NCBI GenBank assembly: GCA_964016885.1 | Contig: OZ024740.1 | Coordinates: 233,430,001 to 233,494,000, forward strand | Direction: 5' to 3' | Length of the DNA stretch: 64,000 nt | From: Eledone cirrhosa | Taxonomy: Eukaryota | In this document: positions 31,593-47,154 of the stretch, piece after piece | How positions within the stretch are numbered: the first letter of the stretch is position 1 | How the letters are laid out: each line of letters starts with the position of its first letter | Made by a program: the position numbers and the translations under genes | The notes under the pieces: generated by a model | Told to the model about the DNA's origin: nothing | What the model saw: only the letters and a program-made list of their open reading frames with translations | Databases searched by the model: none

Positions 31593-31672
31593 TAAAATAA
31601 GAAAATTATAGTAATTAGCTTACTTACTTAAATTTAAGTAAGTAAGCTAATTACTATAATTTTCTTATTTTA
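31593..31672. repeat. Perfect 80-bp palindrome without spacer
   Basis: TAAAATAAGAAAATTATAGTAATTAGCTTACTTACTTAAA|TTTAAGTAAGTAAGCTAATTACTATAATTTTCTTATTTTA. Confidence 0.92.
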
Positions 31673-31792
31673 TGTTTTTCACATTTGTTCTGCATCCCCT
31701 TGCATTAAACCACAAAGTTACTAAGACAAAACAAATATATTTGCTTGATATAGGTATATATCTGTATATATATGTTGGTAGATATACTAATT

Positions 31793-31899
<107 letters not shown>

Positions 31900-32010
31900 G
31901 AGAGTAAAACAATTTGTTGGCTCTGTTTAAATGCATTGAGCTATACCTTTTACTGTCATTTCTATAATACGAAGAGGGTGTTTAACTCCAACACGCTCCA
32001 GTATTTTAAT

Positions 32011-32128
<118 letters not shown>

Positions 32129-32350
32129 AGCAGGGGACGTAATGAGAGTCCTACGAGGTTATGTAGCCGCCATCGGTCTGATTTCAAATATATGTTTTAT
32201 ATTAATCACTATAATAAGTACCTGATGCCCACTTTATTTATCCCTGTATTTAGATAATTGTAAGCATGTAGAAAGATTACACACACTGCCACCTCTTTAG
32301 TTTATTTTTTCCGTCCCCAGCAGTATTTTATACGATTCTCTCAAATACAT

Positions 32351-32455
<105 letters not shown>

Positions 32456-32466
32456 ATATATATATG

Positions 32467-32552
<86 letters not shown>

Positions 32553-32564
32553 TACACACACATG

Positions 32565-32612
<48 letters not shown>

Positions 32613-32616
32613 CACA

Positions 32617-32662
<46 letters not shown>

Positions 32663-33267
32663 AACATATATATATGCATGTTTATTTTTATTTATACTTT
32701 CATAAATACATATAAATATATATATGTATTTCCATTTAGATATGTAGATAAGATAATCATTAGACACAAAATGACTATTATATAATATGGTTCTTTATAA
32801 TATGAAAACATTTTGAGTGCCGATATCCAATTTCACTAAAGTCCAGCTTTCTCACTCTGTCTCTCTCTCACTTTCATACTTACATACATACATGTATGCA
32901 TAAAATAATATGTTTGCCCACTATATATAAGATAAATACTTATATTGTTTCGCCATTCCTTCACCCTAGTAATCAGTTTATATTTCTATCGGGGCTATAC
33001 CAAGTTTCCGTTTACTCTATTATACATTACATATCTCAATATGTTTCATGTAAACTCTATTGTTATCTGTATATATATATATATATATATATACATACAG
33101 ACCTCGTAAGGATCAAAGACAAAGTTAACCTCGGCGGGATTTGAACTCAGAACATAAAGGGCCGTAACTCTATGCTTCAAAACATGGCGTCCGACCCTCT
33201 ACTGATACTGCCAATCCACCGCCCTTATAATATAATTTAATATAATATAATATAATATAATATATAA

Positions 33268-33312
<45 letters not shown>

Positions 33313-33389
33313 CACATATATATATATACACACATATATCTATATCTATATATCTATATATCTATATATATATATATCTCTCTATATAT

Positions 33390-33479
<90 letters not shown>

Positions 33480-33580
33480 ATACATACACATATATATATA
33501 TATAAAGGTAGAACATTGGAAGATATTATCCATAGTAGTAGAGAAATCAGTCCATGCGACGAGTTTGGTATACTTCGATA

Positions 33581-33644
<64 letters not shown>

Positions 33645-33806
33645 GTATATATAACGTTTCTTCTCTAAAGATTCTAAGAAAATATTCCATATAAGAACGC
33701 ACATATATATGTATAGATCGGTTATATTGATATTAACTATATGAAACACCGTGTAAGGAGTAAATTTTGCTTTTGAATGTATTGCCTTCTCCTCTGTTTA
33801 CTTTTG

Positions 33807-33875
<69 letters not shown>

Positions 33876-34060
33876 ATAATAATAAAATTGAAGACTAAAA
33901 TCCAGAGAGGGCTCGATAAGGAAAATATATATCAAATATATAAGAACCGTAGAGCAAATATTTATTAAAATAACAGATTAAAGTTTAAGCAAAGAATCCG
34001 TGCTTTCACCCTTAACGGGATCTTCTGTAACTAACACTTAAACTTTAATCTGTTATTTTA

Positions 34061-34156
<96 letters not shown>

Positions 34157-34312
34157 TTATATATATTCATAGCTGGATATATGAACATAATTCGAATTTT
34201 TCTTAGTCATTGATATTCACGTTTAAACTGTGATGTTTAAACTATGTATTTGCATATATATACACATACATACTTAAAACACACCCACACGCATCTGTAT
34301 ATGTTTATATAC

Positions 34313-34372
<60 letters not shown>

Positions 34373-34678
34373 AATATGAATAAAATAGTTGTTCTTTTGA
34401 TCAACTACATTTTATTATACATATTTTGGATGTACAACAGTACGTCCTCATCAGACAAAATATAATGATACATGACATACCCTGAGATGTTAAAAGATTA
34501 AGATTTAATGGATTAACAACAAAAATAATAAAAACTACGTGAACGGTGTTGATATATTTTTGATATTTATGTCTTTTAAAGAAAAAAAAAACTTTATATA
34601 TATACCCACTCTACTACTCTAAGTATTGAGTACTTTGGTGCGTTATGGTCCACCTGGTTCCTTACCACATTTCCTTCG

Positions 34679-34763
<85 letters not shown>

Positions 34764-36339
34764 CACCAAATATCATTCGAAATAGCATCTCGATTTCTTT
34801 GTTCTTTGAGCTTCATGGAATTAAGATGCAAAAGAACCCATTCCAGAGCACAGTTAATATATAAATATTACTTACATTACTTGTTTTAACTATGTTATTT
34901 ATGTATAGTAATTCATATATGTAATACTTTTATATTCTTATTACCTGTGTACCTTGTCATATGTACTACGATATATAATTAATGTTGTTTCTTTAATATT
35001 CTTGTAAATATGTATTTACTACATGCTTGCGTGTATGCCATTGTGTCTAACTATCTATTAAATTGAGGAATGTGAGCTTCGTCAGAGGCGTGGAGAAAGT
35101 AATTTAATTCATATGCTGGCGATACCAAATTGTATTTTCTTTTCTGTGGAATCGGTAAATTATATAAAGTTATTTACTATAGATGATGCATTCGACTTAT
35201 CCTTTCCTCAGTATTGGAATTTTCACTATGCTAGAAACCATTGATATATAACTATATGAAAAGTGTGGTATTTCCTATAACATGGATGCATCATTAGTAA
35301 TGTTGTCAGTAAATACATTTTTTGTATTTATGAGAATGATTGACACTGTAAAAATGGATATCAAAAGTATAAATCAGTGATTTACAGCGTGGGCCTAAGA
35401 AATTATTTATATGGGCCTGTGATTGGCCAAATTTGGCCAAAGGTGCTCACAAGCTGCGCTGACGTCATCACAAGCTGCACTGACCACTTGCAAAACGTGA
35501 GGGAAGATATGGCCCCTTCCCTTCCCTAAATGGTTATGGACATTTATCCCATTATTGTTGTAGAATTTCTTGAACTGCAAGAGAACAAATTAATGATGGG
35601 GAGAATTAAAAGTGAAGGGTTGTTTGGTTGGAGGAAAGTAAAATCCTCCCGTCCCTTTATCTTTGTAAATGTTGTTCCAATCTTACTTGTTTTTTCCCAC
35701 CACCTTGTAGTTGAGATGGTATTGTCTGCAGTTATATGATGTACTTACAAAAAAACGTAATTTATTGCAGATTGAAAAGAGAAGATATATGGAGAAGTGT
35801 AGTCATTAGTCAGGATTTTAATTTTCAACTATATTTTACTTTTATGAATAAAATGTATTTCCTGTTACATGGAATTTCTATTTTTGATTATGTGGGCCTG
35901 ACATTTTTTTACACCAAAAATGGGCCACAAGGAAGAAGAGGTTGAGAAACATTGGTAGAAATAGAAATAAATTTAAAAGCTAAATAAAAACCACTGTTTG
36001 TTTTTATCATGTATTTCAACATAAACATAGTTCTTGAGGTTTAGTTTTTCTTCATGTTTACACTGCTTATTTCATTCTTGAAGTGTATTACTACATTTTG
36101 CAGTGCTTCATATTAACTATAATATTCTGTTATAACTACAGCTCCAATTGCACCATTCCAATGGCATTTTGAGGTTAACTTTGTCTTTTATCTTTACGGG
36201 TCGATAAAATAAAGTACCAGTAATGCATTGGGATAATTGCTGGCCTTGTGCCAAAAGTAGAAACAATTTTATATTCATTGTATTGTAGTCTTCATAGGGA
36301 CCTGACGGCAAACATTTTACTAGGTAGATACCAAATTAA

Positions 36340-37300
36340 CAACATATATTCTCTGCTATATATACTTTTGGAGAAAGTATGAGTGTCCCAGTTGTTTTAT
36401 CAACGGAACAGAAGATAACTTGATGGTGAGCATTGACAGCTCAACTCCTCTCTTAACGCGAACATCCAGCACAGGTTCGAAGTGAATAATTGATTTTGTT
36501 ATAAACAAAATCAATAATTGATCTCTGTCCCCGATTCCTTTTATACCATGTACGTTCATGGTTCTCTCCGTTATGGAAGAAGGTGTTCATAATAGATAGT
36601 CTATTGCTAGAACAGAAGTCTAATAAGGCCACTCCATTGGTATTTTGATTGGAATCACCTCCATTCTAATCACTCCTTTCCATGTCAGGTGGTCCGTGCC
36701 AACATGTGCATTGGAGTCTCGCATTAGGATATAGGATTCAGTCTTAACTACAACTAACGTTGCAGTGACTTCATCAAGGATGGACCTGTATTCAGATCCC
36801 TTGCTTGGTGCATAAACTTGCACCATCCACAGACACCAATCTTTAAGTCTAAGCTTCAAGATCCCCTTCTAGTGGGATCCAGTTTATAATATATTTTGAC
36901 AGCAGAGAAGGGGGATTGTATGTATCCCCACTCCTACATGGACAGTCATTTCGGGCGTCACACATGTATAGGGGAATTTCGATCCTCTATCTAAATCTAC
37001 AGAACCAGAGCCACGGCATTTTTTTGTGGAAACCCAGACTATATTTAGCAAGTAGCATCTAGCCTCCTCAGCTATGTCCTGCTCCTTACCTCTAAGGGTT
37101 GTGATGTTCTAGGTTCCAATTGTTTAGGTTTTCTCCCTTCCGAACCCTATTTGGAGTCTCGGGATACACAAATTTATGCGTCCTCTCAGAAAAGGTGGTA
37201 GGCCCATCGTCAGTTTTTAAATCATGAAATGGAGACTGTAATATATTGTTGGAAGAAACCCCTATACCTAAATACGAAAACATCCCTTGTTAACCTGCGC
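36340..37300 (-). pseudogene. RTE-clade LINE 5' fragment (apurinic endonuclease), decayed
   Basis: Motifs IGT*NITTLRGKEQDIAEEA, VQVYAPSKGSEY, YILMRDSNAHVG..TWKGVI and VLDVRVKRGVELS match the Expander/RTE-type endonuclease pattern. Boundaries are approximate. Confidence 0.8.
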
Positions 37301-39014
37301 GAAGAACGATGCTGTATGATTTTCTTTGTTACCCCTAACCATATTGCAGTGTTGATGGTTTTATTCGCGACAGTCAACAATCAGGTTCTTTCCTCAGACC
37401 CGCAAAGAATAGGCTTTTTTAGAGGCTTCATGCATCACTAGAGCTACTTCACAGCGTTATGAAAGGTTTCTTTGGAGCTAAAGGTGTCACTTATTGCTCC
37501 ATCTTCCCTAGTAGTTTAACTCTGTTGGTCCAAGGCTGCTTATTCGTCAGACAGGTAGCCGCTTATATCATAACAAACCATCATATCTGGTGGCCGTATC
37601 GCTATCCGCCACTTGAGACTCATTCTCTAGCAGAACAGCACTACCGAAAACATCAATAAGCTTCCTTCACAAATGTTTTTAATGGTCAATATAAATAACT
37701 AATTTAACATCAAAACACAAATGATAGCGGTTAATTTCACATATACTTACTTGACCTGCTAGAAGTAACAAAAAAATATTTTTCAGGTCATATCTGCTGC
37801 ATTAATAGAAGGTTACATTCTATAATGTTGTTCCAAATATACTATATCTAAAAAAAAAAAATAAAAGACATGGAGATTAAAGCTTGAATATATTTCTTTA
37901 ACTCCATCAGTTCAACAATAAGTATCTTGCATAAATTAGCAACCACATACCCACCAAACCATACACTACTGTCTTTAAAAAGACACTTTGGGTAATGTAG
38001 TACGGGTTATACAATACCTTAAAGAAAGAGATGGTCAGCACATCAATTATTTTGATTATATTATTTGCTTGTTTTAAGCCGACCCGGCTCTTTAAGAACA
38101 ACAAGTCGTTCACTGACCTACATCAATTGATGTTTCACATAGAACGCACCACCACAAGAAGAAAAAAAAATGAAATCAAAATGAAATACAAGTACATACA
38201 TAGTTATATTCTCATTTCATTTAAAAAGTTTCAAAGATAAGCGAGCTTTAATGCTTTAATGGAACAACGAAGACACTGACAAGCATAATGCTACAAACAA
38301 GACCAGTTGCACATAAATGCACACACAGTCACAGTCACAGTCACACGCACACACACATATACATACACCCCCCCCCCCCCCCCCCTCACACACACATATG
38401 TATATATATAAACGATATTGGACAATACTATATTAGCAAGTGTCTGATTTCCTACTTATGCAGATCAATTTATTTGAGATAATATATCTCTTAAGATTTT
38501 CAGTACTCAGATATGATTTGCAAGATGTTTGGCTGATATTTGTAATTATTGTAATTAATTCCAATACCGCTGATGTCAAATCTGCTTTACATAATTCCTG
38601 GATAAATCAAATATAGTATTAATGTGGAGACCCCCTTGAATATCAATCCCGTGAATTTTGAGCCGCCAACGTCGGGCCCTAAAAGCAACCCGAATCTATA
38701 TAACCCGAGATATAAATTGAATTATAATAGTAGATAAAGACAAAGTCTAAATCTAAGACATGTCATTTCCTTATTTTTCACAAATGCTTTGCAAGAAATT
38801 GTCTGTTTCAAACATGCATGAAAAATCTAAGGGCGAAACTTTTAAGATGTCGGACTTAGGTGATGGCTACCTCCAAGGTTTAAAACTTCAGCTCACAGTG
38901 AATATAAGTAAATTCTATGTAAAGTATTGTATTCATACACTCTCCTTCATGAAAATATTATAAAGGCAACGTTAAATATGTCCACCAACAACATCTTCGA
39001 ATCTTCGAAACTTC

Positions 39015-39048
<34 letters not shown>

Positions 39049-39155
39049 TATTTTCCGTTGTGTTGTAATATAAATATTACACACAGTAGATTATCAGCTC
39101 ACGTAGAGTTTGCTCGACGGTTCCAGTTGTAGTTCCAAAAGTAATCCGGAGAAAA

Positions 39156-39450
39156 ATAGAAAGATTTGAATGGATACAGTTTAGTTGAAAGGAATTTATT
39201 GACACGTGTTTCTATAACAGTTACATAACCTAAAACAGCTATCTACAAACTTTTAGTTATGCAGACATTCAATATTTCAATGTTATTATTTACTGTCATT
39301 TCATCAGATGAAATGACAGTAAATAATAACATTGAAATATTGAATGTCTGCATAACTAAAAGTTTGTAGATAGCTGTTTTAGGTTATGTAACTGTTATAG
39401 AAACACGTGTCAATAAATTCCTTTCAACTAAACTGTATCCATTCAAATCT

Positions 39451-39456
<6 letters not shown>
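39156..39456. repeat. 301-bp palindrome (150-bp arms, 1-nt spacer) centred on a hammerhead core
   Basis: The arms are exact reverse complements around A39306. The minus strand reads CTGATGA-AATG..CATT-GAAATA. Confidence 0.9.
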
Positions 39457-39538
<82 letters not shown>

Positions 39539-39648
39539 TTCCCCAGCATGGCCTCAGCCAGATGGCTGAAACAGGTAAAAGAGTAAAAGAGTAAATATAT
39601 ATATTATATATATATGTGTGTGTGTGTGTGTATATTTATATATATATA

Positions 39649-39763
<115 letters not shown>

Positions 39764-40199
39764 TATAAAAACGATATTTGCATTGCTTTATTGTGCTACA
39801 ATAAAGCTCACCTGCTACATTATATATATATATATATTTATATTTATATAGTAATAATAATAGATTTGAAGACTAAAATCCAAAGAGGGCTCGATAAGGA
39901 TAAATATATATCAAATATATAAGAACCGTAGAGCAAATATTTATTAAAATGACAGTACGTATTATCTTCGTTTTTTCCGTTCATTGCCAGGGAACGTTTC
40001 CTTAGGTTCCAACATTTTTCGTAATATTTACTTCTGCGTTCACAGATTGATTTTTTAGTTTCAGAAGATCCCGTTAAGGGTGAACCCAGCGATTCTTTGC
40101 TTAAACTTTAATCTGTTATTTATATATATATATATATATATAACAGATTAAATTTTAAGCAAAGAATCGCTGCGTTCAGCGATATATATATATACTAAT

Positions 40200-40388
40200 A
40201 ATTGTTTCTACTTTTGGCACAAGGCCAGCAATTCACCAGTGTATTACTGGTACTTTATTTTATCGACCCCTTAACGATGAAAGGCAAAGTTAACCTCGGC
40301 GGGATTTGAACTCAGAATGGCAAGGGACGTAACTCTATGCGTCAAAGCATGGCATCCGACCCTCTATCGATACTGCCAATCCACCATA
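40200..40388 (-). mobile_element. SINE family A with TSD ATACTAATA
   Basis: Full consensus with a flanking direct repeat. Confidence 0.9.
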
Positions 40389-41180
40389 CTAATAATATTA
40401 ATAAAAAAGGACGAAGTGTTAAATCTTCATTATGTTTATTGAACGGTGACCCGCGATTCACGATTGGTCAGCTCAAGGTTCGATCTGTGTCGATATTGCC
40501 CGACTCTCAGTAACTGGGTGTTACAATCTCTAAATATATATATACATATATGTGTATGTATGTGTGTGTGTGTGTATGTGCATGTGTGTGTGCGTGTGCG
40601 CGCGTGTGTGTGTGTTGTGTGTGTGCATGTGTGTTTGTGAGTACATTCTGCCTTCAACAATTTTATGAGCTATCAGAACTCATACACTGAAGCGAGATAT
40701 TCAAGCAAAGAAACGTGACAAAAACATTCACACATAATCTTTCATATATCATTTCATTTCTGTTTTGTTTTTTTGTTTTTTTTTTGTTTTACTTCATAGG
40801 TAAGAGTAGCCATTGCATGAATATATAGACAGAAAAAAAAAAGAAAAACAAAAACAATAATATTGAGCAGACTGTTTACGTGTTTGCAAATGGTATATAC
40901 GCTGTCTCTATTACGGTGTAGGTACACGTGTGAGAGATAAGTGACAAGGACTATTTCTCAACATTGTTATCAGCAGCACATCAAGAACGAAACTGTAGAT
41001 TCAAGGTTAATTTGTCATTCTGCATTTATTTAATGGATTTTCAGATTCCAATAAACAAAACGCTTATGTTATGTTCCCATTTTATTGCACATATTATGCG
41101 CATTAAAGTATACCGATTAACGTGTTAACAAATAATATATATGTATATATGTGTATGTGTGTATATATAAGTATATATGT

Positions 41181-41263
<83 letters not shown>

Positions 41264-41687
41264 ATATATGTATATATATAATATATATATACTTCCACTC
41301 ACTCACTCTCTGTTTCTCCCCTTCTCACTTCCTCCCGTTTGGCTTGTGTGGGTCTCTTCTTGCTCACATCTCACACACATCAACACGGTCTGTACCTCTC
41401 TCGCTCATGAAATCCACCCAGCCTATGCTGACCGGACAACCATGTTGCTTGTTTATTTTCCTATCTTCGGTTTGCTTTTATCCTTGTATGTTGTTTACTT
41501 GTCCCCCTCGCCTTACGCGAATTCTGGTCCCAATAACTTTTTTTAGTGATTGCTCGCACCAACCTGAGCTATCTGATTTTTAATGCGATGAAATACCAAT
41601 GATGGTTGGAAAATCACTGACGAAGGACTATTTTTATCATATGTAACCCATGTGCAAACCTCGCAGTATTCTTCTTTCTTCTCATGT

Positions 41688-41730
<43 letters not shown>

Positions 41731-41734
<4 letters not shown>

Positions 41735-41985
41735 TGGCTGCCAACTCGTTTTCGAGTACGGCCATTACTTTATATCCATGTAGGAGAACCCCTACCGATG
41801 TGCTGAACGAGTGTGACTTTTTAGTGCAGTCAGCGACTTGTAAGCTCTGGTACAAACACTACACTTGTGACAATTATTGACACATAGTGCTGGGCCCATG
41901 GTACAATGTGACAACAAGTACAGAGAGATCTCCTATGCCGTGAAGCTTTTATAGTGAGCAAAGGCACTGCGCAAAGCCAGTCCCA
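41731..41985 (-). mobile_element. RTE-like non-autonomous element copy
   Basis: Similar to 26263-26680. Confidence 0.75.
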
Positions 41986-42107
41986 CATGCATACATACAT
42001 ACAAACTCATATACCTATTTCGGATATATTTCCTTCAATTTTGGTCATATATGCTTACTGAACGCGTGGAATTTTGAGAAAAACGTCACTCACATACATA
42101 CACACAA

Positions 42108-42178
<71 letters not shown>

Positions 42179-42587
42179 TATAAGCGCGTGTGTGTGTGTG
42201 TGAGTGAGTGAGTATGTCTATATGTGTTGGTGCGTGTGTATATATATATATATGTGTGTATGTTGTGTCATGGTATACGAATTCCTTAAATTTCATTAGC
42301 TGTTAAGCATTATTGTACGCCAAATCGTTATCGGTATAAAACTAAATAAATCGCTGTGTATAAGGTATAAATTGCTACATAAACATGAAATCATGCATTT
42401 CTAGAACTATCCACGCTCCTCTTCTACCTTTCTCACAATACATGTAAAGTCAAACATATACTCACACTTATAAATGTATATGTATATATATCTCATGCTA
42501 TTGTCCATTGTTTACTGGTTCTACGAACACCCACATATAAATATTTCCACACACACATTCACACACACACACAGACAAATGTATGCA

Positions 42588-42742
<155 letters not shown>

Positions 42743-42931
42743 GTGTATATATATATATATATATGAATAACCGTCCGGTTATGGAACCAACCAACAAACC
42801 GGAAATTTATATATTCTTAAATTTATAAATTTAATTTATAATAAATTTTTAAATTTAATTTATAATATATTTATAAATTTATAATAAATTTATAAATTTA
42901 ATTTATAATAAATTCATATATTTAATTTATA

Positions 42932-42993
<62 letters not shown>

Positions 42994-43341
42994 ATACTTT
43001 AGGAGGGTCATGTTGCCAATAAGAAACACACGCACCAGTTGCTTTCACTCCAATTTATTATAAATTAAATTTATAAATTTAAGAATTTATAAATTTCCGG
43101 TTGGTTGGTTCCACAACCGGTATTTGTTCATATATTGTCAAAGTTCTTTCGTCACACACTCTGTGGAACCAACCAACCGGAAATATATACATTCTTAAAT
43201 TTATAAATTTAATTTATAATAAATTTGAGTGAATTACTGGTGCGTGTGTTTCTTATTGGCAACATGACAATCCCAAAGCATAACAATATCGGTTTCAACA
43301 CACGTTTTCAGATAAAGAATCTTGCTAAAGAAATTCAGAAA

Positions 43342-43447
<106 letters not shown>

Positions 43448-43543
43448 AGAAATGGATGAGGGAGAAGATAAGAGAGATCTGAATGAAAAAAGGGTATACA
43501 TATATACGTATTTATGTATAAATAAACATAAATATGAGTGATG

Positions 43544-43598
<55 letters not shown>

Positions 43599-43764
43599 AT
43601 ACAGATATGTATATATATACACACACACATACATATATGTATATACACTCATATATTTACATATGTGTATGTGTATGTTTTTGTGTATTGTGTCCCCTTT
43701 GTTATTTCTGTCGTAACAAGATTATATGTTTGTAGGGTATATTTAGTTGCTAAACATTGGCTCA

Positions 43765-43829
<65 letters not shown>

Positions 43830-43918
43830 TGAAAAATTGAACAGGGACAGAACAGAGAGGCAGTACGATAAATGTTTATTAAATTCACGCTCAGGAGAGT
43901 GGGGGGTAGGTGGGGGAC

Positions 43919-43946
43919 GACGTTTCGGGCATAAGCCCTTCTTCAG
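43919..43946 (-). ncRNA. Minimal Penelope-type hammerhead core
   Basis: CTGAAGA-A-GGGC-TTAT-GCCC-GAAAC-GTC on the minus strand; differs from the 25429 core only at the free N7 position. Confidence 0.65.
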
Positions 43947-43948
43947 GT

Positions 43949-44017
<69 letters not shown>

Positions 44018-44095
44018 CCGTATATATATATGTATATATATATATGTATATATATATTTATATATATATGTATATATATATGTTATATATATATT

Positions 44096-44353
44096 TGTGC
44101 AGTGCCTTTGCTCACTATAAAAGCTTCACGGCACAGGCATTGCTTTATATCTGGAGATCTCTCTGCACTTGTCGTCACATGGTACCATGGGCCCAGCACT
44201 ATGTGTCAATAATTGTCGCAAGTGTAGTGTTTGTGCCAGAGTTTTCAAGTCGCTGGCTGGACTGAAGAGCCACACTCGTTCAGCGCATCGGTAGGGGTTC
44301 TCCTACATGGATATAAAGTAGTGGCCGTACTCGAAAACGAGTTGGCAGCCACC

Positions 44354-44355
<2 letters not shown>
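44096..44355 (+). mobile_element. RTE-like non-autonomous element copy
   Basis: Reverse-orientation copy of 26263-26520. Confidence 0.75.
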
Positions 44356-44412
<57 letters not shown>

Positions 44413-44480
44413 AATGAAGTATTTCCGTAGGAAAGGTAAAGGAAAAGAGAGTGCTCTATGAGCATATATATATATATATA

Positions 44481-44569
<89 letters not shown>

Positions 44570-45383
44570 ATATACCATTGTGTAAATAGACTTCCATTAA
44601 ATTCCAAATATATGCAGTGCCTACTTTACTCCATCAGCACTGCATTTACGCACATACATTCACAGAGTCGTGAATGCACTCACTGACTCACAAACATATC
44701 AACAACATCCAATTAGATTTAACCACATATGTTAATTTCCACCATTGGTTCATCCAAAAAATTTAAATTATATTGACTCTGCTATTTGACTGGTTCTCAT
44801 AAATTGTAAAGTGAAACCTAACGAGATCTGATCACGGAACATATGTGAACATACCTAAATGTTGACAGGTTTTTTATTTCTGTTTTTATTACATGTTTCT
44901 GACATTCATTGCCCTTGAATTAACAATATTTTATTCATCATGGACTTTGTAATTAGTTTTATGATTGCAGATTCAATTGTAACAAGATTAGCTCACGTTC
45001 ATGATTTACTTTAACCAAATTGATCTTAGATTTTACAGGGAATCTAAGGGTTATTCTGATTACAATTGTTATTATTGTTGTTGATAGAGAAGTTGGTACA
45101 TTAGTAGAATCGTTAGAGCTTCGAACCAATTTTTGCGGCATCGTGGTCAACTTTGCCTTTCATTTTCACGGGATCGATAAAAAAAAATGACCACTCAAAT
45201 ACTGGCGTCGATTTAATTGACGTTCCCCAGCCTCTAAAATGTCGGTCTTTGTACTCAAATTAGAAACAATGGTTGTTATTGTTGTGGCTGCTGATTAAAG
45301 CCAAGTTCGATTCTGAGCGGGAATATATATGATCAAATTCGTTACCGACACGACCATAGTAGTAGTAGTAGTAGTACTAGTAC

Positions 45384-45442
<59 letters not shown>

Positions 45443-45872
45443 TAGGCAGTATTGGCAGAGCTTCAGACAACATATTTCGTGGCATATAGTTACATCCCTT
45501 TACGTTCTGAGTTCAAATACTGCTGAGGATAGCTTTGCCTTTCATCCTTACGGGGTCAATAAAAATAAAGTATCAGTAATACACTTGGTCGATTTAATCA
45601 ACTTTCCCCTCGCTGAATATGTGTCCTACATCGGATCAAATTCAGATTAAATATCTTACATTTTCCTTCCTATGCCACATTCTTGGCAATAACCTTTGAA
45701 ATTCAGTTAGTCTGTCTATACAGACATTACATAATACAACTATATGTTAATGTATGTATGTGTGTATGTATGTGTGTATGTATGTAGGTATGTGTGTATG
45801 TGTGTGTGTATGTATGTAGGTATGTGTGTATGTATGTGTGTATGTATGTGTGTATGGATGTGTGTATGTACC

Positions 45873-45903
<31 letters not shown>

Positions 45904-45986
45904 ATATGTATATATGTATGTATGTATGGAAGTATGTATGTATGTATATATCTATGTATGTATTATATATATTTATATATGTGTAT

Positions 45987-46178
45987 AGGGCGGTGAATTG
46001 GCAGTATCGGTAGAGGGTCAGACGCCATGCTTTGCAGCATAGAGTTACATCCCTTTATGATCTGAGTTCAAATGCGGGTGAGGTTAACTTTGCCTTTCAT
46101 CCTTACAGGATCGATAAAATAAAGTACAAGTAATGCACTAGGATAATTGCTGACCTTGTGCCAAAAGTAGAAACAATT
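45987..46178 (+). mobile_element. SINE family A
   Basis: Full consensus. Further degenerate copies lie at ~21255-21375, 33100-33226, 36168-36270, 45140-45270 and 45445-45610. Confidence 0.9.
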
Positions 46179-46219
46179 ACATATATATATACATGTATAT
46201 ATATATATAGAGAGAGATG

Positions 46220-46269
<50 letters not shown>

Positions 46270-46363
46270 GGAAAATGTTCAAGACCCCGACGGCAGAGCT
46301 CAAGCCGTTTCGACGGCTAATTCTGGACTATGGTCCACTTGCTTTCTTACTACACTTGCTTCG

Positions 46364-46459
<96 letters not shown>

Positions 46460-46688
46460 AAATATTAAAAAAATAATGAATAAAACAATAAAACAGTTCC
46501 TTATATTAAACAAAAAAAGTTCATTATTTAACGATCGTTTCTAGGATATATATGTGTTAGAATTGGCATGCATATTCAACAGATCTATGTACAAAATTAT
46601 ACAAACTATCAAAATTTATCTACATATATATGTATATATATACAATGATAGTACATAAATGGAAGCTATATTTATAAAACCATATTTA

Positions 46689-46749
46689 TTTTATTATATA
46701 TATTTCAAGGGCAACCACGACAGCATTGGTACGCTTTCATCAGATAAAA
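46689..46749 (-). ncRNA. Type I hammerhead ribozyme (inverted partner of 46840-46900)
   Basis: TTTTAT-CTGATGA-AAGCGTACCA..TGGTTGCCCTT-GAAATATATATA-ATAAAA on the minus strand. Confidence 0.7.
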
Positions 46750-46839
46750 TTCAAAGTTTGTTTCATAAATAGAGACATACCCGTGAAAATCATACCTTAT
46801 CGGTTGGAAATTCACTGGATAGTCAAAACAAACTTTGTA

Positions 46840-46900
46840 TTTTATCTGATGAAAGCGTACCAATGTTGTCTTGGTTGCCCTTGAAATATATATAATAAAA
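46840..46900 (+). ncRNA. Type I hammerhead ribozyme
   Basis: TTTTAT-CTGATGA-AAGCGTACCAA-TGTTGTC-TTGGTTGCCCTT-GAAATATATAT-A-ATAAAA. Stem I is 6 bp and stem III is an (AT)n palindrome. A decayed homologue lies at ~8410-8465. Confidence 0.7.
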
Positions 46901-47045
46901 CAAATATGGTTTTATAAATATAGCTTCCATTTATTTAATATCATTGAATATTTACTCCAGTAATTTGTTGAGTGCTCTAAATCAGTTATAAATATTTATA
47001 TTTGACAGACTTCCAACAAATTAAATACCACTTCTACTTATATAC

Positions 47046-47129
<84 letters not shown>

Positions 47130-47154
47130 ATGTTTATGTATGTTTATATATATA

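Noticed and set aside
35383-35953. hAT-like MITE (GGTTGAGAAACATTG end)
   Set aside because: Only one convincing terminus and no TSD.
43161-43200. CTGTGGA...GGAAATATATA as a hammerhead
   Set aside because: The core lacks A6 and stem I does not pair; at most a 3' half within a fold-back element.
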